Of a DNA stretch of 53,763 nucleotides, positions 39,244 through 50,278 are shown in pieces. This DNA comes from Chiloscyllium plagiosum (lineage: Eukaryota). The stretch lies in contig NC_057757.1 of NCBI RefSeq assembly GCF_004010195.1, forward strand, positions 6,386,879 to 6,440,641, in the 5' to 3' direction. The notes beneath the pieces are model-generated. The model made no database searches, was not told the DNA's origin, and saw nothing but the letters and a program-made list of their open reading frames with translations. The translations under genes and the position numbers were made by a program. Position 1 is the first letter of the stretch, and each line of letters opens with the position of its first letter.

Positions 39244-40998
39244 TAACAAAGAGGATTGATGAGAGCAAAGTGGTGGACGTTACCTATATGGACCTCAGTA
39301 AGGCGTTCGATAAGGTTCCCCTTGGGAAAACTGATTAGCAAGGTTAGATCTCATGGAATACAGGGAGAACTAGCCATTTGGATACAGAACTGGCTCAAAG
39401 GTAGAAAACACAGGGTAGTGGTGGAGGGTTGTTTTTCAGACTGGAGGCCTATGACCAGTGGAGTGCCACAAGGATCGGTGCTGGGTCCACTACTTTTTGT
39501 CATTTATATAAATGATTTGGATATGAATATAGGAGGTACAGTTAGTAAATTTGCAGATTACACCAAAATTGGAGGTGTAGTGGACAGCAAAGAAGGTTAC
39601 CTCAGATTACAATGGGATCTTGATCAGATGGGAAAATGGGCTGAGGAGTGACAGATGGAGTTTAATTTAGATAAATGTGAGATGCCGCATTTTGGGAAAG
39701 CAAATCTTAACAGGACTTATACACTTATAGTAAGGTCTGAGGGAGCGTTGCTGAACAAAGAGACCTCAAAGTGCAGATTCATAGCTCCTTGAAAGTGGAG
39801 TTACAGATAGATTGGATAGTGAAGACAACATTTGGTATGCTTTCCTTTATTGGTCACAGCACTGATTACAGGAGTTGGGAGGTCATGTGCAACTGTACAG
39901 GATTTTGGTTAGGCTAGTTTTGGAATATTGCGTGCAATTCTGGTCTCCTTTCTATCGGAAGGATGTTGTGAAACTTGAAAGGGTTCAGAAAAGATTTACA
40001 AGTTAAAGGATTTGAGCTACAGGGATGAGAATGCGTATAGGGTATGAGCAGATAGGGAAAGAGTTAAGTTTTGAGTTTTGTGAAACAAGAGGTTCAGCTA
40101 AGCATGACTCAGATCAGATAAGAATTTACAGTTAATATTGGAATGCTGGGAGGCAAGAGTAATGGGTTAATAAGGTGGAAAAGCATTCATTATGTAGAGC
40201 CATTTAACAATATTGGAAGCATTCAGTATGAAAGGTCAGTTTAACAAGTATTCATTATGTGAAGCTAGTTAACGTTAAGAACATTCATTGTGTAACAGCA
40301 AATGGCTTAATCTTTACTATTGACACTTGCTGATTGTAATTGTCACCCAATCAATATGTATGTTGCCTTATCTGGATGCTCCTCACTGTAAAGTGACTAT
40401 ATAACTCATTAAGAATCTATTGTTCCAAAGAGAAGACCAAGAACTCATGTACCTGTGCACATGGCTGATCGTTCTCTCTCTCCCTCCAGGGCCTGAAATA
40501 AAGATCGAGGAGGTAAAACTATACTGTGTCTCTGAGCATTTTGCTTCGACTGAGGGAGGGAAACGGGACGACAATAGGGAGAGGCTGAATAGGCTGGGGC
40601 TGTTTTCTCTGGAGCGTCCAAGACTGAGAGTTGAGCTCATAGAGGTTTATAAAATCATGAGGGGCATGGATAGGATAAATAAATAAGATCTTTTTCCTGT
40701 GATGGGGGAGTCCAGAACTAGAGGGCATAGGTTTAGGGTGAGAGGGGCAAGATATAAAAGGGAGCTAAGGGGCAACTTTTTCATGCAGAAGGTGGTATGT
40801 GTATGGATTGACCAGCCAGAGGAAGTGGTGGAGGCTGGTACAGTTGCAACATTTAAAAAGCATCTGGATGGGTATACGAATAGGAAATGGGATATGGGCT
40901 GGGTGCTGACAAATGGGACTAGATTAGGTTGGGATATCTGGTCAGCATGGACGAGTTGGACCGAATGGTTTGTTTCTGTGCTATACGTTTCTATGACT
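39244..40998 (+). mobile_element. CR1 RT-to-3' fragment
   Basis: ORF 39256-39651 SGVPQGSVLGPLLFVIYINDLD...KFADYTK. Confidence 0.9.
40026..40576 (+). mobile_element. Solo LTR inserted in CR1, with 4-bp TSD GGGA
   Basis: CR1 sequence GAGCTACAGGGA|GAGGCTG is split; TG start, TA end (decayed CA); CCAAT ~40347, TATATAA ~40398, AATAAA ~40497. Confidence 0.8.
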
Positions 40999-41335
40999 CG
41001 CTTTTGAAGCACTGCTTCTTCATCAGGTGGTTGTGAAGCAGGACTATAACACAGAATTTATAGCAAAAGATTACAGTGTCATCTTACAGTACAATGTCCA
41101 TTTCAGCTGCATCACACTGTAATCTTTTGCTATAAATTGTGTGTTATGATCCTGCTTCACAACCACCTGATGAAAAAGCAGTGCTGCGAAAGCTAGTGCC
41201 TCCAAATAAACCTATTGGACTATAACTTGATGTTGTTTGATTTTTTAACATTCTCCTCCTTTATGATTGACTAAAAAGATCAAAGCATGACGCACTTGAA
41301 TGAATCTACAACAGAAAGCATCTCAAATCACTGAC

Positions 41336-41428
41336 CTTGGCCATCTTTTCAATTTCCCCAGTCTTCTCAGCCCAGTAGGAGAGGTTCTTGTTCAGCTCAC
41401 CCATTAGTATTACAGCTTCCTCCAGCTC
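41336..41428 (-). CDS. Internal 93-bp exon of a DASH-complex Dad1-like protein (ELEEAVILMGELNKNLSYWAEKTGEIEKMAK)
   Basis: Acceptor ttccctgtccttttgcAG, donor AAG|GTcagt, phase 0-0, open frame, unique sequence. Confidence 0.75.
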
Positions 41429-41589
41429 CTGCAAAAGGACAGGGAACATGGCAAATTCACCTAAAGATAAAACCATATCCTGTCCCTGTCACAAGTTAGT
41501 GCTCTAAGACATTAAGCCCATATCTCTTGGAATCCTGTCTAGAACAGTGTCCCATAGTCAGTTAAGGATCAAATTTGGTGCCCCTCTCT

Positions 41590-44051
41590 CTTTGTTCCGG
41601 GTTTATTTCTCCCGCTCAGCATTTATCCCGGGTTTACTTCTCCCTCTGGGTATCTATCCCAGGTGTATTTCTCCCTCTGGGTATCTTCGCCGAGTGTATT
41701 TCTGCCTCTGGATATCTATCCGGGGTTTACTTCAGCCTCACAGCATTTACCAATGGTTTATTTCAGCCTCACAGCATTTACCACTAGTTTATTTCAGCCT
41801 CACAGCATTTATCATGGATCGATTTCTGTCTTTGGGTATTTATCATGGATTTATTTCTGCCTCTGGGCATTTATCCCGGGTGCATTTCTGCCTCTGGGTA
41901 TTTATCCCAGGTGTATTTTTCCCTCTCAGTATTTATCCCAGGTTTATTTCTCCCTCTGGGTATTTATCCCGGATGTATTTCTCCCTCTTGGTAATTATCC
42001 CGGGTTTATTTCTCCCTCTAGGTATCTATCCCGGGTGTATTTCTCCTTCTCGGTATCTATACTGGATGTTTTTCTCCCTCTTGGCATTTATCCCTTGTTT
42101 ATTTCACCCTCGCTGTAATTATCCTGGGGTTATTTCTACCTCATTCTATTTAAGCCGAGTTTATTTCCCCCTCTCTGTATTTATCCCGGGCTTATTTCTC
42201 CTCCTCGGTATTTATCCCAGGTGTATTTCTCCCTCTAGGTATTTATCCCAGGTGTATTTCTCCCTCTCGGTATTTATCCTGGGTTTATTTCCCCCTCTCG
42301 GTATTTATCCCACGTTTACTTCTCCCTCTCTGTATTTATCCCGGGTTTATTTCACCCTCTCGGTATTTATCCCGGGTGTATTTCTCCCTCCCTGTATTTA
42401 TCCCCGGTGTATTTCTCCCTCTTGGGATCTATCCCGGGTTTATTTCTCCCTCTCGGTATTTATCCCGGGTGTATTTCTTCCTCTTGATATTCACCCCGGG
42501 TTTATTTCTTCCTCTCGGTATTTATCCTGGGTTTAAATCCCCCGCTGGGTATTTATCCCGGGTGTATTTCTCCCTCTCTGGGTATTTATCCCAGGTGTAT
42601 TTCTCCCTCTCGGTATCTATCCCGGGTTTATTTCTCCCTCTCAGAATTTATCCCGGGTGTATTTCTCCCTCTCGGTATCTATCCCGGGTTTATTTCTCCC
42701 TCTCGGTATTTATCCCGGGTGTATTTCTCCCCCTCGGTATTTATCCCGGGTGTATTTCTCCCTCTCGGTATTTATCCCAGGTGTATGTCTCCCCCTCAAT
42801 ATTTATCCCGGGTGATTTCCCCCTCTCGGTATTTATCCCGGGTTTATTTCCTGTCTCGGTATTTATCCCGGGTTTATTTCTCCCTCTCTGTATTTATCCC
42901 AGGTGTATTTCTCCCTCTCGGTATTTATCCTGGGTTTATTTCCCCCTCTCGGTATTTATCCCACGTTTACTTCTCCCTCTCTGTATTTATCCCGGGTGTA
43001 TTTCTTCCTCTCGGTATTTATCCCGGGCTTATTTCCCCTCTCGGTATTTATCCCGGGTGTATTTCTCCCTCTCTGCATTTATCCTGGGTGTATTTCTCCC
43101 TCTCTGTATTTATCCCGGGTGTATTTCTCCCCGTCGGTATTTATCCCGGGTGTATTTCTTCCTCTCGGTATTTATCCCGGGCTTATTTCCCCTCCCTGTA
43201 TTTATCCCGGGTGTATTTCTCCCTCCCTGAATTTATCCCGGGTGTATTTCTCCCTCCCTGTATTTATCCCGGGTGTATTTCTCCCTCCCTGTATTTATCC
43301 TGGGTTTATTTCTCCCTCCCTGTATTTATCCCGGGTGTATTTCTCCCTCCCTGTATTTATCCCGGGTTTATTTCTCCCTCACCGTATTTATCCCCGGTGT
43401 ATTTCTCCCACTGGGTATTTATTACGGGTGTATTTCTCTCTCTCGGGATCTATCCCGGGTTTATTTCTCCCTCTCGGTATTTATCCCGGGCGTAATATCT
43501 TCCTCTAGGTATTTATCCCGGGTTTATTTCTTCCTCTAGGTATTTATCCCGGGTTTATTTCTTCCTCTTGGTATTTATCCTGGGTTTATTTCCCCCTCTC
43601 AGTATATATCCCGGGTGTATTTCTTCCTCTTGGTATTTATCCTGGGTTTATTTCCCCCTCTCAGTATATATCCCGGGTGTATTTCTTTCTCTTGGTATTT
43701 ATCCCGGGTGTATTCCTCCCCCTCGGTATTTATCCCGGTGTATTTCTCCCCCTCGGTATTTATCCTGGGTGTATTTCTCCCCCTCGGTATTTATCCCGGT
43801 TGTATTTCTCCCTCTCGGTATTTATCCCAGGTGTATTTCTCCCACTGGGTATTTATCCCGGGTGTATTCCTCCCCCTCGGTATTTATCCCGGGTGTATTT
43901 CTCCCCCTCGGTATTTATCCCGGTTGTATTTCTCCCTCTCGGTATTTATCCCGGGTGTATTTCTCCCCCTCGGTATTTATCCCGTGTTTATTTCCCCTTT
44001 CGGTATTTATCCTGGGTTTATTTCTCCCCCTCGGTATTTATCCCGGTTGTA
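41590..44051. repeat. Satellite/minisatellite with 31-bp unit TATTTATCCCGGGTGTATTTCTCCCTCTCGG
   Basis: Dozens of tandem units, each made of 15+16 bp related subunits; runs into the gap. Confidence 0.97.
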
Positions 44052-44551
44052 NNNNNNNNNNNNNNNNNNNNNNNNNNNNNNNNNNNNNNNNNNNNNNNNN
44101 NNNNNNNNNNNNNNNNNNNNNNNNNNNNNNNNNNNNNNNNNNNNNNNNNNNNNNNNNNNNNNNNNNNNNNNNNNNNNNNNNNNNNNNNNNNNNNNNNNNN
44201 NNNNNNNNNNNNNNNNNNNNNNNNNNNNNNNNNNNNNNNNNNNNNNNNNNNNNNNNNNNNNNNNNNNNNNNNNNNNNNNNNNNNNNNNNNNNNNNNNNNN
44301 NNNNNNNNNNNNNNNNNNNNNNNNNNNNNNNNNNNNNNNNNNNNNNNNNNNNNNNNNNNNNNNNNNNNNNNNNNNNNNNNNNNNNNNNNNNNNNNNNNNN
44401 NNNNNNNNNNNNNNNNNNNNNNNNNNNNNNNNNNNNNNNNNNNNNNNNNNNNNNNNNNNNNNNNNNNNNNNNNNNNNNNNNNNNNNNNNNNNNNNNNNNN
44501 NNNNNNNNNNNNNNNNNNNNNNNNNNNNNNNNNNNNNNNNNNNNNNNNNNN
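44052..44551. other. Assembly gap (500 N)
   Basis: Run of N. Confidence 0.99.
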
Positions 44552-45057
44552 AATCGAACCTGGTTCCGAATCACTGAGCTACCATGTAAACCCAGGAGGA
44601 GGCGCTAACTCACTGAGTTGCGCCTTGCTGTGATATTCTGAGGATGATTTGAAGGAAGCGTTGGCATGAAATACTTCTGTGTGCCCTCCGTGTTGTGGTT
44701 TAGGGGCACTGGTGTAGCAGGGCATCATTAGCGATAGTGCTGTGTCAGGGAGCAGGGTTAGACACAATCACACCTTGGTGTTTGTGAGTCAGAGCGGGGA
44801 GGAAATTGGCCAGTGATCTCGTTGGTGTTTCCTGTTCTGGGACTCCTTGGTGTTTGTGCTGCTGAGCAGTGACGTCGCTAAACCTTTAGCAAGGTACATG
44901 GGCATTCTGAGCAGGGTTGGGGGTTGGGGTGGAGTTACCTGAAGAAAAGTGCAACAGCATTTCACTTCTGTTGTGGGGGAAAACACCAGTCTCGGAGCCA
45001 GAACCGGGGTTCAATGACAGAGTTCATTGCACAAGGAAATCTTGGGGAGAGAAAGAC

Positions 45058-45276
45058 TTTTTTTTATTTCAAAAATATACTTTATTCATAAAATACTTTG
45101 ATCGTCCCTCAACATGTAATTCTGGACCTTGGAATGTGCCAGTCTGCAGCACTCAGTCGGGGTCAACTCCTTCAGCTGGAAGATCAGCAGGTTTCGGACC
45201 ACCCAGAGAGCGCCCTTCACCGAGTTGATGACCCTCCAGGCACAGTTGATGTTCGTCTCGGTGTGCGTCCCGGGGT
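45058..45276 (-). mobile_element. Tx1-like LINE 3' fragment
   Basis: Minus strand PGTHTETNINCAWRVINSVKGALWVVRNLLIFQLKELTPTECCRLAHSKVQNYMLRD, followed by AATAAA and an A-tail. Confidence 0.7.
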
Positions 45277-45511
45277 GACACCAACAGCAGAGTGGTCAGC
45301 AGCGAGTCCTCTCTCGACCCGGAGCACACGTCAAGAAACTTTTATCCATCTTGTGATACAATAGGTCAGCGATGTGATTATTGTCTTTGTGACGTGGTTT
45401 GGTTCTGGCAATCATTGCAGAATCATTGGTAGTTTCGATCCAGTCTTTGTCAGTTCCAGCGCAGCCTTTGTTAATTTCCACGTGGTCATTGTCAGCTTCA
45501 GTGTAGACATT

Positions 45512-45694
45512 GCTGAAAATGTGTTGCTGGAAAAGCACAGCAGGTCAGGCAGCATCCAGGGAACAGGAGAATCGACTTATGCCCGAAACGTCGATTCTCC
45601 TGTTCCCTGGATGCTGCCTGACCTGCTGCGCTTTTCCAGCAACACATTTTCAGCTCTGATCTCCAGCATCTGCAGCCCTCACTTTCTCCTCCTT
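45512..45694. mobile_element. Penelope pLTR insertion forming a 65-bp-arm hairpin, with 13-bp TSD
   Basis: Arms 45512-45576 and 45590-45654 (one mismatch); AGTGTAGACATTG at 45500-45512 and 45695-45707. Confidence 0.85.
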
Positions 45695-46599
45695 AGTGTA
45701 GACATTGTCAGTTTCAATGTCTGTGTGGAAGTCCATTGCTGTAGTAATGGGCACTAATCACTCTTCCTGAGGAGGACGATTACTGCAGCCCTGGCTGTTA
45801 GCAATTTGTATTGAGGCTGTATCAAACTGTTAGCATTTCTCTAAGAGGTGTTGGCTGGACCCAGACACTTTGGGGGCAATGTTCGTTACTCTTGTGTATT
45901 CTCTCCCCCACCCGCCTTAAACTAATCAGCGAGGTTGTGAGCGCATTGTGCTGGCAATCTGGTGGCCACAGGCAGTGTCTGTATCTGCTCTGCTGTGTGT
46001 CTCCATATTGTGATCCAGCGGCCATCTTGGGTGTCACGTTGGCCAACTGATGACTCAGCAGCCATCTTGGGTGTCCGTATGCCTCGTGTCACCCTGCCCT
46101 GTGCCATCTCCCTCTTCACCTCCTACCTCCCGCAGAGAGGGCAAAAGGGGGAATGGATGACTTATAGAATCCACGTGCTGGGGTTTACTGCTTACCAGAA
46201 ACTGAACTGGGCTTGCTGTGTGAACGCTGTGGCTACAAGAGCAGGTCGAAAGCTGGGAATCCTGCAGCAAGTAGCTCCTCGACTAGACAGGAGGGTGAGG
46301 GAATACTCTCCATCCAGGACACCATCCAGGACAAAGCAGCCCCCGCTTGATTGATGTCACATCCATAAGTGTCCACCACTGACGCTCAGGGGCAGCAGTG
46401 GATGCTGTCTACAAGATGCACTGCAGCAAATCAGCAAGGCTGCTTAGAGAGTATCCTAACCCTTTGGCACAGAGCTGAAGCAATACTGAGACACAGAGAA
46501 TCGTGGTCAGAACCATAAGACCACCAAGGGACCCCGCCCCCAGTGTGGAATTCTCTGCCGATAACCTAATCACAGGCCACGACTGAACAAGCCCTGGGA

Positions 46600-47072
46600 G
46601 TCCGGTTTCCTCCCACAATCCAGAGATGAACTAGAGAGTATAGGTTTAGGGTGAGAGGAAAAAGATTTAAAAGGGACCTAAGGGGCAACGTTTTCACGCA
46701 GAGGGTGGTATGTGTATGGAATGAGCTGCCAGAGGAAGTGGTGGAGGCTGGTACAATTGCAACATTTAAAAGGCACCTGGATGGGTATATGAATAGGAAG
46801 GGTTTGGAGGGATATGGGCCAGGTGCTGGCAAGTGGGACTAGACTGGGTTGGGATATCTGGACGGGTTGGACCGAAGAGTCTGTTTCTGTGCTGTACATC
46901 TCTATGACTGTATGTGCAGATTCGGGTGGATTGGCCATGCTGAGTTGCCCCGTAGTGTTCAGGGAAGTGTGGGTTAGGTGCATTCGTCAGGAGTATATGT
47001 AGAGTGTTAGGGGAATGGGTCCGAGTGGACTGGTTGGGCCAAGTGGCCTGTTTCCACACTGTAGGGATTCTG
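46600..47072 (+). mobile_element. HE1 SINE fragment with nested CR1 3' end (~46627-46909)
   Basis: TCCGGTTTCCTCCCACAATCC start; ORF 46651-46842 RGNVFTQRVVCVWNELPEEVV; SINE resumes at ATGTGCAG. Confidence 0.75.
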
Positions 47073-48704
47073 TGAGCTGTGGCTGGGCGAATTGACGAGA
47101 CTCCTCCTTCAGATGCTGGAGGCTCCCAGTGACCCTCGTTGAGGCCTCTTCCATTTGTAGGTTTCACTGTGATTTTGGGACACTTCCCCCTAACCCCGGA
47201 TGATGCTGACAGAAAATGAAATCCAAGCCCCACCCTCCCTCCTCCGTTCTCACTGGCAGGGCTGTGCGGGAGGTAGGGAGGGAGAGGGGAGTTGTGGCAG
47301 AGTTTCATAGATGGTTCCCTGTATGGTTCTGGCAGTGCCACACGACGTTACTTCATCACACCGAAACACAGAGCTTCCACCCTCCACTTCGAGCCTAGCC
47401 AGAGATAGCGAGATGGATCTGTTGAACTGGCCAGAGGGTGTGGAGACAGATTGTTTTTTTTACAACAAACCGGAAGCAGAGTGGGTCACGGGGCCCCAGT
47501 GACGTTTCGAAACGTGGAGGAATTGAGGAGCAACGAGTACAGGCCGAAATCAGGCCGGCAGCAGTGCGCTGGTTACATCATCCCGATGTCCTCATCATCC
47601 CCATGTTTAGACCCCGACATGGAGTTACGGAATGGACCTAGCCCCGAAAGAGGCCATTCAGCCCAGCCGATCTGCGCCAGTAGGTGGCTGGCCATCAGCT
47701 GGTCAGGGGCAATTAGGGATGGGCACTCAACACTCGCCAGCCATGCCCGTGTCCCACGTCTGGGCGGATCTTCCAGATTCCTCCCGCTCTAGAGAGTCTC
47801 CCCCCACATCCGGGTAGGGAGGCCTGTGGCTAACCTCAAAATGGCTTCCATAGCGAGGGAACCGCAATAGCCTTGTGTCTGGTCGGAAATGCCCCCCAAC
47901 TCTCTTTGCTTTTACCAACAGTGCATTTTGGGAGGGCAAAGGGTTTACACGGTGAATAGTCAGGCTGGAGGAAGTGGAGACGATCCGAGGAGATTAGTGT
48001 GTATATGTACACATTGTGGGATGCCACAGAGCTGTTGGCTAAGGTAGTACTGAAGGCATGTGGAATACTTGCCTTTGTCCTTCAGAGCAAGGAGGTAATT
48101 GGTCAGTTGTTTATATTCCGGAAGTTTCCGGGAGGTTGTTTCCTCCCGCAGCGAGATGGCGGTCACCAGGTTTTGGAGCGAGGGATTAGATGTCAGGGAC
48201 TAGCCCAGCTGCTCCTCCCAGCGGTGGGGGAGGTCTCGCTAGCGCCTCCCAACAACAGTGCAGCATTCCCTCCGTACAAGCACGGGCAGCGCCAGCCTGC
48301 TTTCATATGGCACTCGGAGGCAGAGCTCAAACCTCGGGCCTTCTGACTCCGCTCTGAGGCGAAGGTGTGCACGCCCTGAGCGTCGCCACAGTGTGGGAGC
48401 AAGCCGTTCAGCCCATCGAGCCCACGCCAACCCTCCAAAGAGTGATGGGAGCCAGGCCATTGGATCTGTCGGCTCAGGAAGGGGTGGGAGCTTCTCCTAG
48501 CGATGCTGCCTTACCCACCCCCCACCTTCAGGTGTGTGTGGGTGGGTGGCTGATTCACACAGCGTCTTTAACAATAGTCAGACGGGGAGATGTCAGTCCC
48601 ACTCGTCTGAGGGGTTGGTTTCGGGATCGAGCAGCAGCTGAGGTTTCGGGGCCGTGGGGTGGTGGGTGTGGAGTCCAGACCTCGGGGACTGGGCAGCTCA
48701 AAGC

Positions 48705-49188
48705 ACAGAAGATGTTGTGAAACTTGAAAGGGTTCAGAAAAGATTTACAAGGATGTTGCCAAGGTTGGAGGGTTTGAGCTACAGGGAGAGGCTGAACAGG
48801 CTGGGGCTGTTTTCCCTGGAGCGTCGGAGGCTGAGGGGTGACCTTGTAGAGGTTTACAAAATCATGAGAGGCATGAATAGGATAAATAGACAAAGTCTTT
48901 TCCCTGGGATGGGGGAGTGCAGAACTAGCAGGCATCGGTTTAGGGTGGGAGGGGAAAGATATAAGAGACCTAAGGGGTAACGTTTTCACACAGAGGGTGG
49001 TATGTGTATGGAATGAGCTGCCAGAGGAAGTGGAGGCTGGTACAATTACAGCATTTAAAATGAATAGGAAGGGTTTGGAGGGGTATGGGTCGGGTGCTGG
49101 CAGGTGGGACTAGTTTGGGTTGGGATATCTGGTCGGCATGGACGGGTTGGACCGAATGGTCTGTTTCTGTGCTGTACATCTCAATGAC
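48705..49188 (+). mobile_element. Well-preserved CR1 3' fragment
   Basis: [45 protein letters not shown]. Confidence 0.9.
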
Positions 49189-49355
49189 TGTTTAACTGTG
49201 GAGTGATGGGAGTCAGGCCAGGCAAGACTCCAGGACTGGAGCAGAACCGAGATCTCTCAGGGTCAGTCGGACTGGAGGAGGCTGCCGAGACAGGGAGGGG
49301 AATTGGGGGCCTGAGGAGGGTAGCTGAGGAAGATAAGGCAGAACACTGTGCTGTG

Positions 49356-49386
<31 letters not shown>

Positions 49387-50080
49387 CCTCCCTCTCAGCG
49401 CTGCCTTGTGTAACCCGCTTTCCGTAATTCATTCACTGAATATGTGGGCCCAGCCATCAGTACTCTCTAGGTCTGGCCAAGTGACTCCCTGGGCAGTTGA
49501 GCCGCAGTGGTCTGGAGTCACGTGTAGGCCAGACTGGGTAAGAGTGGCTGTTTCCCTCCTTAAAGGATGTTGGTGAACCAGGTGGGGTTTTCACAGGAGT
49601 CTTGTGGTCACTATCATCCCAGGCTGACACATTACCTTTTGGATTTATCCGCAGAACTGAATCAGCAATCCCCCTTACACGGCTGCAGTGGGATTCCAAT
49701 CCCCATTACCTGCACCATTTACGAGTAACACCCCCACCCTGATGACGGCACACGTCTTGCTGTTCTGTTCATAGCACCATTTTAAAAGGCTGAGTGATGA
49801 GGGCCTTTGCTACTCCGAGTCCTCAGTGTCTCAGTCAGAGCTGCCTTGTGCAGAATCCTTTGTAACCCCATCGGGGAGCAGTATTGGCCCTCTGATTTGA
49901 GACTACTCGCTTGCCCGCTCAGTCAGAGTTACACTGTAACCTGCTGGGAAAATGGGCTGGCAACAGAGAAATGTCTGAGCTGGACCAGAGCTGGAAGTGT
50001 GCTAGTACCTCGGGAGGTCAGTACGCACGGAGCCGTGGACCAACCTGAAAGCCAGAGAGAGTTTCCGTTCATATAATTAC

Positions 50081-50278
50081 AAATCACACACCACCAGGTT
50101 ATAGTCCAACAGGTTTATTTGGAAGCACTAGCTTTCAGAGCGCCGCTCCTCCATCAGGTGGTTGTGGAGCAGCGCTCAGAAAGCCAGTGCTTCCAAATAA
50201 ACCTGTTGGACTATAATCTGGTGGTGTGTGATTTTTAACTTTGTCCACCCCAGTCCAACACTGGCTCCTCCATATCAT
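50081..50278. mobile_element. Penelope-derived inverted repeat with ~69 bp arms
   Basis: Arms 50081-50149 and 50166-50234; minus strand CTGATGG-AGGAGCGGCGCTCT-GAAAGCTA. Confidence 0.8.

Larger units (their letters stand above)
39166..41248. mobile_element. Penelope-derived inverted-repeat element split by a CR1 insertion
   Basis: Left part 39166-39243, right part ~41000-41248; inverted arms 41008-41079 and 41114-41185; hammerhead-like CTGATGA...GAAAGCTA at 41167-41195. Confidence 0.7.

Noticed and set aside
41590..44051. CRISPR-like regular array
   Set aside because: No unique spacers, no cas genes, and a eukaryotic context
41547..44633. Long overlapping ORFs of up to 346 aa with GIYPGCISPSRYLSRVYF repeats
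   Set aside because: They are translations of the largely stop-free 31-bp satellite cycling through frames, and several extend through Ns
44939..44967. 29-bp minus-strand micro-exon (VKCCCTFLQ) as the upstream Dad1-like exon
   Set aside because: Splice sites are plausible and the phase fits, but the peptide has no resemblance to Dad1; unsupported without transcripts
47960..48166. Minus-strand ORF MTAISLREETTSRKLPEYKQLTNYLL as a host exon
   Set aside because: It overlaps a decayed + strand CR1 segment (GAAGGCATGTGGAATACTTGCCTTT...AGCAAGGAGGT) and has no good splice sites
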